Positions 1 through 9,241 of a DNA stretch of 47,919 nucleotides are shown piece after piece; positions within the stretch are counted from its first letter, which is position 1, and the number at the start of each line of letters is the position of its first letter. The stretch is taken from contig ONVN01000157.1 in NCBI GenBank assembly GCA_900321295.1, positions 1-47,919 of the forward strand, read 5' to 3'. Both the position numbers and the translations under genes were made by a program. Under the pieces are notes generated by a model that was given only the letters and a program-made list of their open reading frames with translations, was not told the DNA's origin and ran no database searches. Source of the stretch: an uncultured Eubacteriales bacterium (GTDB lineage Bacteria > Bacillota > Clostridia > Christensenellales > Aristaeellaceae).

Positions 1-20
1 AAAAACAGGGAGGGACAGTG

Positions 21-70
21 TCTCATAGAGTCTCGTAGATTCTCGGAGAATCGATGAGATTCTATGACAT
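21..70. repeat. five tandem degenerate 10-bp units (consensus TCTCnTAGAn)
   Basis: The units tctcatagag / tctcgtagat / tctcggagaa / tcgatgagat / tctatgacat fill 21-30, 31-40, 41-50, 51-60 and 61-70. Neighbouring units share 6-8 of 10 positions. The stretch is non-coding and lies at the window edge. Confidence 0.6.
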
Positions 71-228
71 ACGGAGCGAAAAAACGGAAAAGTAACGAAA
101 TCCGGAAGAAACCTCCAGGCCTCCTCCATAAAAAGTATGGAAGCGAGGTCTGTGCAGCAGTCTGCAAGCCGGGGACTGGACTGAAAGGATGGAGGGGCCG
201 CATGTCATCTTTCCGGCCAGGGTTTTCA

Positions 229-984
229 TCAGCCCAGAGAAAGGTCAGCACAGATGGGATAGTGATCCGAAAGGAAGACACCATCCTCGGAATATGTCCA
301 TTTTTCAATGCCTTTGCAGGAAACCGGGCCGCGAAGAAAGATATAGTCGATCATTGCTGGTGTGTTCTGCATGAATCCGTGATAAGTGAAACCGATGCCT
401 TCTGTGGCATTGCAATAGCCGGGGAAATCACGGAAGACATCCAGCTCTTCACTCCCTGGAGGTGCATTGAAGTCACCGGTAAGAACGATGGGAGCATCTG
501 GAAAAAGCTGAGCAGCATCCAGATGCCGCAGAATCTGGGAGAGCCCAAGTCTTCGTGCCGGAGCTCCACGATGATCCAGATGCGTATTGAGCACGCGGAT
601 CACCTGCTCCGTATTGTCCACATGGAGCAGAAGCTCAATGGCCGTCCTCGGGCAGTCGCTCTGGACTTCATACCGGCTTCCCGGGACAAAGGGTTCCGGC
701 GAGAGCCAGAAGGTATCCATATGAATGAGATTGAACAGGTTCCTGCGGAAGGCAATGCTGACGGATTCCCCGCGGAATCCGGGTTCTCTGGCACAGCCGA
801 CCACGGAATAATCCGGAAGGGCTTCCTTCAGCCATCTGTGGACATGGGGAAGAACCTCCTGAAAACAGACAATATCCGGCTGTTCTCTGCGCAGAATTTT
901 GAGAATCAGAGGCTGACGGAATTCGAAATTGTTTTTCCCGTCTCGTTTCCAGTCCAGGCGGATATTGAATGTAACAAATTTCAT
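229..984 (-). CDS. endonuclease/exonuclease/phosphatase (EEP) family protein
   Basis: ORF 229..1068 (-). MKFVTFNIRL, QPDIVCFQEV, LNTHLDH, LTGDFNA and SDHYPI are EEP-fold signatures. I moved the start to ATG 984 (codon 29), which is preceded by a GAGGGG SD. Confidence 0.85.
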   Translation of the reverse strand: MKFVTFNIRLDWKRDGKNNFEFRQPLILKILRREQPDIVCFQEVLPHVHRWLKEALPDYSVVGCAREPGFRGESVSIAFRRNLFNLIHMDTFWLSPEPFVPGSRYEVQSDCPRTAIELLLHVDNTEQVIRVLNTHLDHRGAPARRLGLSQILRHLDAAQLFPDAPIVLTGDFNAPPGSEELDVFRDFPGYCNATEGIGFTYHGFMQNTPAMIDYIFLRGPVSCKGIEKWTYSEDGVFLSDHYPICADLSLG

Positions 985-1263
985 GGTTTTTACCCCTCGC
1001 GTGATTCTGAAGAACAGCGGCATGAAGACATGGGACGGTTCTTCTGCAGGACAGCTCGATTCTAGCATGTACGTTTCGGGAGTGCAAGACAGCTGCGTGT
1101 CAGGTAAAGGTTTTCAATGAATCAGGCAGCGGTCCGTTTGTATTTTGTAAAAAACAGGATGCAGATGCACGTAAGGAAAATCTGCCTGACCGTCTGGAGG
1201 AAAAGGAACAAGCAAAATATGACATTTTTGACATAAAATTTACAAAATATGCAACAATAAAGA

Positions 1264-1292
1264 TTGACATTTGACTCGAAAAAGGTTACAGT
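1264..1292 (+). promoter_or_regulatory. candidate sigma-70-type promoter (TTGACA-17-TACAGT)
   Basis: TTGACA at 1264-1269, a 17-nt spacer and TACAGT at 1287-1292, about 70 nt upstream of the 1360 start. The region is AT-rich, so chance matches are likely. Confidence 0.3.
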
Positions 1293-1359
1293 AAATAATG
1301 AATTCATGGAATTGATGGATGCAATTCTTATCTGCTCTTTGGAAGGGAATGAAGAAGAG

Positions 1360-2334
1360 ATGATGTTCATAACGAAAATCCACAGAATTGGTCGAATACT
1401 TACCCTGCTGCTGCTGATTGTCATTCCGGCAGTGTCCATTGCAAGCTCCGTAGGAACGGTCAGCTGCTCTTCACTGAATCTCCGCTCACAGGCAAACAAG
1501 CAGTCCAAGTCACTTCAGACACTGCAGCAAGGCGATCATGTTACCATTTTGAGTACGGATGGCGACTGGTATAAAGTGAACTATGGCAAGTACACCGGAT
1601 ATGTCATGAAGAAGTACATTTCAGAGGGAACTGTCAGTTCTTCATCAGCAGCTTCCGCACAGACCGCCGCCACACCGACGGCAGATCTCCTGGCCGCACT
1701 GAAAAAGATCGGGAAACCCACTCCCTGCACATTCAAGTCACAGGGAAGCAATGTCAAGAAACTGCAGAAATGTCTTGCGGCCTATGGATACTATACTGGC
1801 AACATTGACGGCGATTACGGAGTCGGTACCCGGGACGCAGTCAAAAAGCTGCAAAAGGCGAAAAAATTAAAGCAGACCGGTGATGCAGACAGCGCAACGA
1901 TCGCTGCCATGTTTGAGGAGAAGTCCTCAACAGGCACAGAAATGTTGAACTGGTTTCATGGCGGAAAGGATCAGATCGCCAGGGGACAGACGTTTACGGT
2001 CAAAGACTGTCTGACGGGAAAGAGTTTTCAGTGCAAACGCTGGGCAGGCAGCAATCATCTGGATGCGGAACCTCTGACAAAGAAGGATACTGCAACCATC
2101 AAGGAGATCTATGGAAGCTGGAGCTGGAACCGCAGAGCCATTCTCGTCAAATACGACGGAAAGGTCTATGCTGCATCCATGAATGGCATGCCCCATGGGA
2201 CATCCACAATATCCGACAATGAATTTGCCGGACACTTCTGTATACATTTTTATGGCTCAAAAACGCATGGGACCAAGAAGGTGGACTCAAACCATCAGAA
2301 ATGTGTCGCAACAGCACTGGATTACGCCTGGTAA
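1360..2334 (+). CDS. secreted cell-wall-binding protein (signal/TM anchor + SH3b + PG_binding_1 + uncharacterised His-rich C-terminal domain)
   Basis: ORF 1264..2334. Start set at ATG 1360 (MMFITKIHRIGRILTLLLLIVIPAVSIA hydrophobic N-terminus) after a GGAAGGGA/GAAGAAGAG purine tract. SH3b-like LNLRSQAN...GDWYKVNYGKYTGYVMKKYI. PG_binding_1-like VKKLQKCLAAYGYYTGNIDGDYGVGTRDAVKKLQ. Confidence 0.8.
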   Translation: MMFITKIHRIGRILTLLLLIVIPAVSIASSVGTVSCSSLNLRSQANKQSKSLQTLQQGDHVTILSTDGDWYKVNYGKYTGYVMKKYISEGTVSSSSAASAQTAATPTADLLAALKKIGKPTPCTFKSQGSNVKKLQKCLAAYGYYTGNIDGDYGVGTRDAVKKLQKAKKLKQTGDADSATIAAMFEEKSSTGTEMLNWFHGGKDQIARGQTFTVKDCLTGKSFQCKRWAGSNHLDAEPLTKKDTATIKEIYGSWSWNRRAILVKYDGKVYAASMNGMPHGTSTISDNEFAGHFCIHFYGSKTHGTKKVDSNHQKCVATALDYAW

Positions 2335-2804
2335 AGATCACGTCTTCCGGAATCCAGCAAGAGAGTCCGTGATTCTGTATCTGCAGGCCCTGTCCCCGGG
2401 CCGGTGCCCGGATCTTTCAATCATGTCCATTGAAGAAGCCCTGGCGCTGCGATCTGGGCGATACAGCACCAGGGCTTTTCTTTGCATGATGAGCAGCTGC
2501 CGATTTGGAGGGCGTTTCTTCTTCTCCAGGCGGATCTGAGGACCGGTATCTGAATGGAGTCCGGGGACAACCAGCGTATGATGTTTGCTGTGCATGTTTC
2601 CTGGCAGTATGGCCTGAAAACAACGGTTCTCCCGGAGATCACGGAAGAATAGAAGATGGCGCGGCGGTTCAATTCAAGGCAGGGCAAGTCCAAACGGGTC
2701 AAGTCAGGGTTTCAGCTTCTTGCTGACGTGAGAACTGCGGTGAAACGATATCGGAGAGATACAGAACGATCGTCGTTCGAAAAAGAGGAAAGAGGGGATT
2801 CGCG

Positions 2805-3371
2805 ATGGCATTTGTTTTTGAAGAACAGGCAATCAAAGGCGTATTTGTAATTACGCCTCAGGTGTTTGGTGATCAGCGCGGGTATTTCATGGAAACCTAT
2901 AAGAAAGAACCGTTTGAGGCAGCCGGCATTCCTGGAGAGTTTGTTCAGGACAATGAAAGCAGCAGTACAAAGGGGGTCCTTCGCGGACTGCATTTTCAAA
3001 AAGAGCATACTCAGGGAAAACTGGTCAGAGTGACCAGCGGCTGTGTGTATGATGTTGCCGTGGATGTCCGGCCGGGGAGCCCGACGTACGGAAAATATGT
3101 CGGCGTGACGCTCGATGCGGAGAAAAAGCAGATGTTCTATATTCCCGCAGGATTTGCACACGGCTTCCTGGTGCTTTCCGATACCGCATCCTTTGTCTAT
3201 AAATGCACGGACGTCTATGATCATGCTTCAGAAGGCGGAATTCCCTGGAATGACCCGGAGATCCATGTGGCCTGGCCGGAACTGGACTGCCCCTATGTAA
3301 CCAGCGAAAAAGACGCAAAGCATCCGGCATTCAGGGATCAATCATTTGACTGGGCAAAGAAATATTTATAA
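2805..3371 (+). CDS. rfbC: dTDP-4-dehydrorhamnose 3,5-epimerase
   Basis: The 188-aa product has FGDQRGYFMETY, RGLHFQ, KLVRVTSGCVYDVAVDVR and FYIPAGFAHGF, the classic RmlC cupin motifs. Confidence 0.95.
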   Translation: MAFVFEEQAIKGVFVITPQVFGDQRGYFMETYKKEPFEAAGIPGEFVQDNESSSTKGVLRGLHFQKEHTQGKLVRVTSGCVYDVAVDVRPGSPTYGKYVGVTLDAEKKQMFYIPAGFAHGFLVLSDTASFVYKCTDVYDHASEGGIPWNDPEIHVAWPELDCPYVTSEKDAKHPAFRDQSFDWAKKYL

Positions 3372-3386
3372 TACGAGGTGGAAGAA

Positions 3387-4274
3387 ATGAGAGGCATTAT
3401 CTTGGCGGGCGGATCAGGAACCCGGCTCTATCCCTTAACCAAAGTGACAAGCAAGCAGCTCCTTCCGATTTATGACAAGCCGATGATCTACTACCCGCTG
3501 AGCACCCTGATGCTTGCCGGGATCAAGGATATTCTGATCATCAGCACACCGGATGATACACCGAGATTTGAAACCCTGCTAGGCGACGGAAGCCAGTACG
3601 GGATCACTCTCTCCTACTGTGTTCAGCCTTCTCCGGATGGCCTTGCGCAGGCCTTTCTTCTCGGGGAAGAATTCATTGGTGATGAAGCAAGCGCCATGAT
3701 TCTTGGCGACAACATTTTCTACGGAAACGGTTTCCGCTCTCTGCTGCGGAGTGCGGTTCAGGATGCCGAGCAGCAGGGAAGAGCGACGGTTTTCGGGTAT
3801 TATGTTCCCGATCCGGAGCGGTTCGGCGTGGTTGAGTTCGATGAGAACGGTGTGGCCCTGAGCATTGAAGAAAAGCCAAAGGTCCCGAAGAGCAATTATG
3901 CAGTGACGGGTCTGTACTTTTATCCTGCCGGTGTGAGCAAAAGAGCGGGACAGGTCAGGCCTTCTGCCCGTGGTGAACTGGAAATCACCACGCTGAATGA
4001 TATGTATCTGCAGGATGGTCTTCTGGATGTCCAGCTTCTTGGGAGAGGGTTTGCCTGGCTGGATACAGGGACCATGAGCAGTCTGTTGCAGGCGGCGAAT
4101 TTTGTTGAAATGATACAGTCCAGGCAGGGCATAACGATTTCGGCACCGGAAGAAATCGCCTATATCAATGGGTTTATCGGCAAAGAAAAGCTTCTTGAAG
4201 CGGCTGCATTCTATGGAAAATCCCCTTATGGTGAACATCTGAAAGCGGTGGCGGAGGGAAAGGTAAGATATTAA
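3387..4274 (+). CDS. rfbA: glucose-1-phosphate thymidylyltransferase
   Basis: [18 protein letters not shown]..., [20 protein letters not shown] and [11 protein letters not shown] identify RmlA. Start set at ATG 3387, 6 nt after GAGGTGG. The ORF track begins at an upstream in-frame GTG (3378). Confidence 0.95.
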   Translation: MRGIILAGGSGTRLYPLTKVTSKQLLPIYDKPMIYYPLSTLMLAGIKDILIISTPDDTPRFETLLGDGSQYGITLSYCVQPSPDGLAQAFLLGEEFIGDEASAMILGDNIFYGNGFRSLLRSAVQDAEQQGRATVFGYYVPDPERFGVVEFDENGVALSIEEKPKVPKSNYAVTGLYFYPAGVSKRAGQVRPSARGELEITTLNDMYLQDGLLDVQLLGRGFAWLDTGTMSSLLQAANFVEMIQSRQGITISAPEEIAYINGFIGKEKLLEAAAFYGKSPYGEHLKAVAEGKVRY

Positions 4275-4563
4275 GACGGGGACTCCGGGCGGACGTATCC
4301 CATCTGCCGGAAGACAGACAGAGGGGAACAGATGCCCCTGAACGGAGTCAGAACAAGGGATACACCGATCTTTCTGCTTAACAAAACCAGATGATTATGC
4401 TAAGATGAAACAGGTGATATGTGTGCATTCTGATGCGGAAAACAGCCGCAGAGCACACAGGATCCGAAAGCAAAATGACAGATGAACCATGAATTGCCCG
4501 GCAAGGGACGTACCTCGAGTTTTCACATGAAAGGCAAGCAGGCAACTGCTGGAAGGTGATCAA

Positions 4564-6000
4564 TTGAAACCGCTGTTGAGCATAAAGAAAATAGGTTTGT
4601 TTATACTGATATATCTTGCATGTGCCTCCCTGCTGTTTTGGATTGTGAAGGAAGACTGGAGCATGACAGCCATCTCGAAAGAAACTGTCAAGCCGGGTTT
4701 TCTGATGGAGGAACTAAGCGACGGATCGCTTGTCCAGCAGACGTTCCATGCGGATGTTGACACAATCAATCAGATCAGTGTGCAGCCGTATATCCTGGAA
4801 ACCGATGATGCCGCACAGATCCGTTTTACGCTTGCATCCAAACTTGGAAAGGAAAGCACCACGACGCAGCGGATTGCGGACCTGAAAAACGGGGAAGAAA
4901 ACGCCATCGTCTTTTCACCGTCCGTGGAAGGCAAGGTAGAGGACGAATGGACCCTGACAGCAGAGGTCACAGGAAAAGCAAGACTTTCGCTGTATGCGGG
5001 AGACAGTGTTTCGACAGCAAGGTTTGACGTTCGTGTTCAGACAGACGGTGTGCTGAGTATCGACGGCAGGGAACAGAATGGCGTTCTTTCCATGACGGTA
5101 AAGGGAACGCGCAGCCTGAAAGGAACACGTCTTTTCTGGCCGGTTGCACTGGTTCTGCTGGTCTTGTGTCTTCTGTTTTTGTTCCTTGAAATGAGCCGCA
5201 TGCGGAACGGCAGAAGAAGCATTCTCTTTTATGTTGGGGAAGTGTTCCGCCGGTACCGATATCTGATCAAGATGCTGGTTCAAAGAGATTTCAAGGTGAA
5301 GTACAAGGCGTCTGTTCTTGGTGTGTTCTGGAGTTTTCTGAATCCTCTGCTGATGACAGGCGTTTATCATTTTGTGTTCTCCAACCTGTTCCGGTCGAAT
5401 ATCGATAATTTCGTAGTTTACCTGATGAGCGGCATCATTCTTTTCAATTACTTTTCCGAAGCGACAAATCTTGGAATGATGTCCATTGTCGGCAACTCTT
5501 CCCTGATCACAAAGGTATATGTTCCGAAGTATATCTATCCCGTGTCCCGCGTGCTTTCTTCGGCCATCAACCTGGTGATCTCCTTTATTCCGCTCTTCAT
5601 CATCATGGCGCTGACCGGTGTGCCTCTGAGAAAGAGTATCCTGCTGCTGCCTTTTGTGGTGATCTTCCTGATCTGCCTGTCAACCGGTATGAGCCTGCTG
5701 CTTTCCTCCATGCATGTTTTTTTCCGGGACACGCAGTTCCTGTGGTCCATTCTGGTTACGATCTGGAATTTCCTGACACCGATCTTCTATCCGGAATCCA
5801 TCATTCCCGCTGCTTTTCTGAAATACTATCACATGAATCCGATGTACCAGATCTGCTATTTCGCGCGGACGATCATTCTCAACGGAGTGTCCCCGACGCC
5901 GATCACCTATCTGTACTGCTTCGTTGCAAGTTTCCTGCCGCTCATTGTGGGACTGCTGATTTTCAGAAAATCACAGGATAAATTTGCTTTGTATCTGTGA
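4564..6000 (+). CDS. ABC-2 type polysaccharide export permease (Wzm/TagG/RgpC-like) with ~220-aa N-terminal extension
   Basis: The C-terminal ~255 aa (RYRYLIKMLVQRDFKVKYKASVLGVFWSFLNPLL...) form a typical ABC-2 permease. The N-terminus adds TM (aa 10-28), a beta-rich ~160-aa segment and a second TM (aa 190-210). TTG start at 4564 lies 5 nt after GGAAGGTGA. Confidence 0.85.
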   Translation: MKPLLSIKKIGLFILIYLACASLLFWIVKEDWSMTAISKETVKPGFLMEELSDGSLVQQTFHADVDTINQISVQPYILETDDAAQIRFTLASKLGKESTTTQRIADLKNGEENAIVFSPSVEGKVEDEWTLTAEVTGKARLSLYAGDSVSTARFDVRVQTDGVLSIDGREQNGVLSMTVKGTRSLKGTRLFWPVALVLLVLCLLFLFLEMSRMRNGRRSILFYVGEVFRRYRYLIKMLVQRDFKVKYKASVLGVFWSFLNPLLMTGVYHFVFSNLFRSNIDNFVVYLMSGIILFNYFSEATNLGMMSIVGNSSLITKVYVPKYIYPVSRVLSSAINLVISFIPLFIIMALTGVPLRKSILLLPFVVIFLICLSTGMSLLLSSMHVFFRDTQFLWSILVTIWNFLTPIFYPESIIPAAFLKYYHMNPMYQICYFARTIILNGVSPTPITYLYCFVASFLPLIVGLLIFRKSQDKFALYL

Positions 6001-6052
6001 ATCTTTGAAACAGTTGCCGGCTGGCGCGTAATAACGAGTTGAGAGGGAAAAA

Positions 6053-6790
6053 ATGGATCCGATTATTCGTGTAAGTCATGTGGATATGAAATTCCATATG
6101 AATATGACCCGTACAAACAGCCTGAAGGAGTGGTTTGTCCAGAAAGCAAGGGGCAAACTCCGGTACGAGGATTTTTATGCACTGAAAGATGTCAGTCTTG
6201 AGGTGGAACGGGGAGAAGTTGTTGGCATTGTTGGCCAGAATGGTTCGGGAAAAAGTACGCTCCTGAAAGTCATATCCGGAATTTATAAGCCCAGCGCAGG
6301 GGAAGTTGTATCGGCAGGCCGTATTGCACCGATGCTGGAGCTTGGAAGCGGTTTTGACTATGAACTGAGCGGGGAGGAAAACGTTTTTCTGAATGGCGCG
6401 ATCCTGGGCTTTGAAGAAAGCTTTTTGAAAGCAAAGTATCAGGAAATCCTGGAATTCTCCGAACTGGGTGATTTTATCCATCAGCCGATCAAGACCTATT
6501 CTTCCGGTATGGTGATGCGCCTGGCTTTTTCCGTCGCAACGCTGATTGAGCCGGAAATCCTGATCGTTGATGAAATCCTTGCGGTGGGCGACCAGCATTT
6601 TCAGAAAAAAAGCCTGGACCGTATGATGCAGCTGATGTCGAGCGGAACAACCGTTTTGCTTGTCAGTCATTCGATTGAGCAGATCCGGCAGCTGAGTACG
6701 CACTGCATATGGCTGGATCATGGCCATGTCATGATGGACGGTCCCACAAAGGACGTCTGTGATGCCTATGATACCTACATGAATACGTGA
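6053..6790 (+). CDS. polysaccharide/teichoic-acid export ABC ATP-binding protein (Wzt/TagH/RgpD-like), short form without C-terminal extension
   Basis: Walker A GQNGSGKST, signature SSGMVMRLAF and Walker B ILIVDEILAVGD, plus the TagH/Wzt-type N-terminus (FHMNMTRTNSLKEW). It is only 245 aa, so there is no carbohydrate-binding C-domain. Confidence 0.92.
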   Translation: MDPIIRVSHVDMKFHMNMTRTNSLKEWFVQKARGKLRYEDFYALKDVSLEVERGEVVGIVGQNGSGKSTLLKVISGIYKPSAGEVVSAGRIAPMLELGSGFDYELSGEENVFLNGAILGFEESFLKAKYQEILEFSELGDFIHQPIKTYSSGMVMRLAFSVATLIEPEILIVDEILAVGDQHFQKKSLDRMMQLMSSGTTVLLVSHSIEQIRQLSTHCIWLDHGHVMMDGPTKDVCDAYDTYMNT

Positions 6791-6867
6791 CCTGGCAGGC
6801 TGTGTTATGGCACGCAGAAAGAAGAAAACCGTCAGGAAGCTGTATTCTTCAGAACAACGGAAACAGC

Positions 6868-6907
6868 AAAAGGTGCAATCGTAAGTGTGGCATTGCACCT
6901 TTTTCTT
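6868..6907 (+). terminator. rho-independent terminator after the ABC exporter genes
   Basis: aaaaggtgcaat (6868-6879) pairs with attgcacctttt (6892-6903), followed by a T-run. Confidence 0.7.
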
Positions 6908-7057
6908 GTCTGCTCTGTGCTGAAAGGTGCAAAAGGAAAGGGAATCCATTTTCTCAGCAAGCGGAAAGGACCGTCTGCGGGTGATCAAAGAACCCTGCAA
7001 ATACACGCGAAAAGGACATGCAGGAAACGGGAAAGCGTTGCTGTGACTGGGGTCAAC

Positions 7058-7086
7058 TGGACTTTGCCATATGAGTATGTTATAAT
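7058..7086 (+). promoter_or_regulatory. candidate promoter with extended -10 (TGGACT-17-TGtTATAAT)
   Basis: TATAAT at 7081-7086 is preceded by TG at 7078-7079, with TGGACT at 7058-7063. It sits 100 nt upstream of the GT2 start. Confidence 0.5.
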
Positions 7087-7185
7087 CGGTTCCGCCCAGA
7101 AAAGGCAAAGAAACTCAAAAGAATATGGTGCGTTATTACTTTTTACGGGGCCATCATGCATCGCATGAACAAGGAGAAGGAGTCA

Positions 7186-8082
7186 ATGGGAAATCGGGAG
7201 ACTGTTTGTGTATCTGTTATCATGCCCTGTCACAATGATGGCAGATATCTGGAAGAAGCTGTGGAGTCATTAAAAAAACAGACCTATTCCAATCTTGAAC
7301 TGCTGATCATTGATGATGGGTCAGACGAACAGGAATCGATAGATGCCGTCAACAATGTTTCTTTTCCATCGCTGAAAGTGCTGCATACAGATCATGTCGG
7401 ACCTTCAGGGGCAAGAAATCAGGGGATCAGGGAAGCCCGTGGTGAGTACATCCTTCCTTTGGATGCGGATGATTTCATCGATCCGACCTATATTGAGAAA
7501 GCCGTCCGCATCATGCAGGAGAATCCGGATGTCGGCATCGTATACTGCAGGGCGGATCAGTTCGGAGAGCGGACGGGCATCTGGGATCTGCCGGATTATT
7601 CCCTGAAAGCAGAACTGTTGGATAATGTGATTTTTGTCACGGCCCTTTTCCGGAAAAAGGACTGGGAAGAAATCGGTGGTTTCTGCACGACGTTTAAGAA
7701 CGGAATGGAAGATTATGATTTCTGGCTTTCCCTGATCCAGAAGGGATGCGAGGTTGTACAGATCCCTGAAGTCCTTTTTCATTACAGGATTAAGCCGGTC
7801 TCACGTACGACCCGGTTCCAGGACAGCTATGAGGGAACACAGGATACTTACCGTATCCTGTATGAACGGCATAAAGACCTGTACAGGAAGAATATGGACC
7901 TGTTCGTTCCGGAAATCCGGCGTGTACTGATCGACCATATCTATCAGTTGAGGCAATTCAGCCTGGATCCGGTTGTTATGTACTGGGCCGGCGCCAGAAA
8001 GCTGAACCCCAAAAGATCCGAAATGTTCGAACGCTGGCTCAGAATCAAGAATAGAATCAAAAGGCTGATCGGGAGGAAATAA
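7186..8082 (+). CDS. family 2 glycosyltransferase
   Basis: VSVIMPCHNDGRYLEEAVESLKKQTY...LLIIDDGSDE and LPLDADD (DxD) are GT2 signatures. Start set at ATG 7186 after AAGGAGAAGGAG. Confidence 0.9.
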   Translation: MGNRETVCVSVIMPCHNDGRYLEEAVESLKKQTYSNLELLIIDDGSDEQESIDAVNNVSFPSLKVLHTDHVGPSGARNQGIREARGEYILPLDADDFIDPTYIEKAVRIMQENPDVGIVYCRADQFGERTGIWDLPDYSLKAELLDNVIFVTALFRKKDWEEIGGFCTTFKNGMEDYDFWLSLIQKGCEVVQIPEVLFHYRIKPVSRTTRFQDSYEGTQDTYRILYERHKDLYRKNMDLFVPEIRRVLIDHIYQLRQFSLDPVVMYWAGARKLNPKRSEMFERWLRIKNRIKRLIGRK

Positions 8083-8085
8083 CAG

Positions 8086-9216
8086 ATGATCATTTTTACT
8101 TCGGTTTGCGCCAATTATATGCATAAGGCACGCTGCCTTGCCCAGTCCGTCCGCCGCTTTCTTCCCGAAGCCAAATTCCTGGTCTGCCTCACAGAACGGG
8201 AAGTCCCGGAAGCAGCCGTCAATCCGGATCTTTTCGATGAAATTATCCTGTCAAAAGACATGTGGAAGGGAAACTTCAACAGCTTTATCTTCAAGCATGC
8301 CGTTGTCGAGGCGTCCACGGCCGTAAAAGGACGATTCTTCCAGTATCTGATGGAGCGCTTTCCGGAAGAGGACAGCTATATTTATCTGGATCCGGACTGC
8401 TATGTCTATGGAGATTTTCAGGAACTCAAGGAAGCGCTTGCAGAAAAGCCCATTGTCCTGTGCCCGCATCTTCTCCATCCGGGCAATATTGACATGGAAC
8501 TTTCCAGTACGGCCCATGGTGTATACAACCTGGGATTTCTCGCGGTGAATCATTCGGAGGAAGCCCACAGACTGATTAACTGGTGGGCCGAACGGCTGAG
8601 CATGTATTGCTATGACGATATTCCAAAGGGCATTTTCACCGATCAGAAATGGATGGACCTTGCCCCCTGCTTTTTTGATGTCAAGATTATGCATCACTAT
8701 GGGTATGATTTTGCGCCATGGGGTCTTCTTGGAGCGGAAGTCCATAAGAAGGACGACACCTGGTATATTCAGGGTCAGAAACTGAATTTCATCCATTACT
8801 CCGGTTTTGGTCCTGTTGCTGAGATGTGCATGGACAAATGGCTCGGCGAAAACGGTCAGGAATTCAGAATCCTTTATGAAGAATATGCTCAGGCGCATGC
8901 AAAGAACGATGAGGACAATATTTCGAAAACACCCTGGAGCTACAATACCTTTGCTTCGGGTGAGCTGATCCAGAATGAGGTTCGGCACAGATATCGTCAG
9001 GATATGTGGCTGATGCAAAACACAGAGGATCCATTCCAACTGAATAATGCTTATTTCGTTGATTATTTCAGCAAGCTGGACGCACAGAGAGAACGGGAGA
9101 TGGAAGCCGTCAAGCATGATCTGACTTACTATGCCAAGGCTTCTGTCCGTGTGCTTCGTGAAGAAGGGTTTAATTCCTTCCTGAAGAAAGTCGCGCAGAC
9201 GGTGGGAAAGAAATAA
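8086..9216 (+). CDS. putative glycosyltransferase (GT-A-like nucleotide-sugar transferase fold; family not recognised)
   Basis: The 376-aa product has YIYLDPDCYVY (DxD-like), GVYNLGFLAV and GIFTDQKWMDLAP, which resemble GT8-like/uncharacterised glycan-locus transferases. GGGAGG SD lies 9 nt upstream. The start is 4 nt after the GT2 stop. Confidence 0.6.
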   Translation: MIIFTSVCANYMHKARCLAQSVRRFLPEAKFLVCLTEREVPEAAVNPDLFDEIILSKDMWKGNFNSFIFKHAVVEASTAVKGRFFQYLMERFPEEDSYIYLDPDCYVYGDFQELKEALAEKPIVLCPHLLHPGNIDMELSSTAHGVYNLGFLAVNHSEEAHRLINWWAERLSMYCYDDIPKGIFTDQKWMDLAPCFFDVKIMHHYGYDFAPWGLLGAEVHKKDDTWYIQGQKLNFIHYSGFGPVAEMCMDKWLGENGQEFRILYEEYAQAHAKNDEDNISKTPWSYNTFASGELIQNEVRHRYRQDMWLMQNTEDPFQLNNAYFVDYFSKLDAQREREMEAVKHDLTYYAKASVRVLREEGFNSFLKKVAQTVGKK

Positions 9217-9241
9217 GAAAAAGGAACTGGAGCGAAAGTGC

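Noticed and set aside
64-1065. 333-aa ORF on the + strand covering the whole EEP gene
   Set aside because: It is an antisense shadow of a motif-rich EEP gene in GC-rich DNA. It has no SD, and its composition is R/G/S-rich and lacks motifs.
2335-2804. Short ORFs (61-118 aa) in the gap upstream of rfbC, considered as real small genes
   Set aside because: They overlap each other in different frames on both strands, lack SD sites and have no recognisable motifs. A decayed gene cannot be excluded; see the finding.
5963-7108. 381-aa minus-strand ORF opposite the Wzt ATPase gene and the following intergenic region
   Set aside because: It overlaps a clear Walker A/B ABC ATPase on the other strand, has no recognisable motifs, and runs through a + strand terminator.
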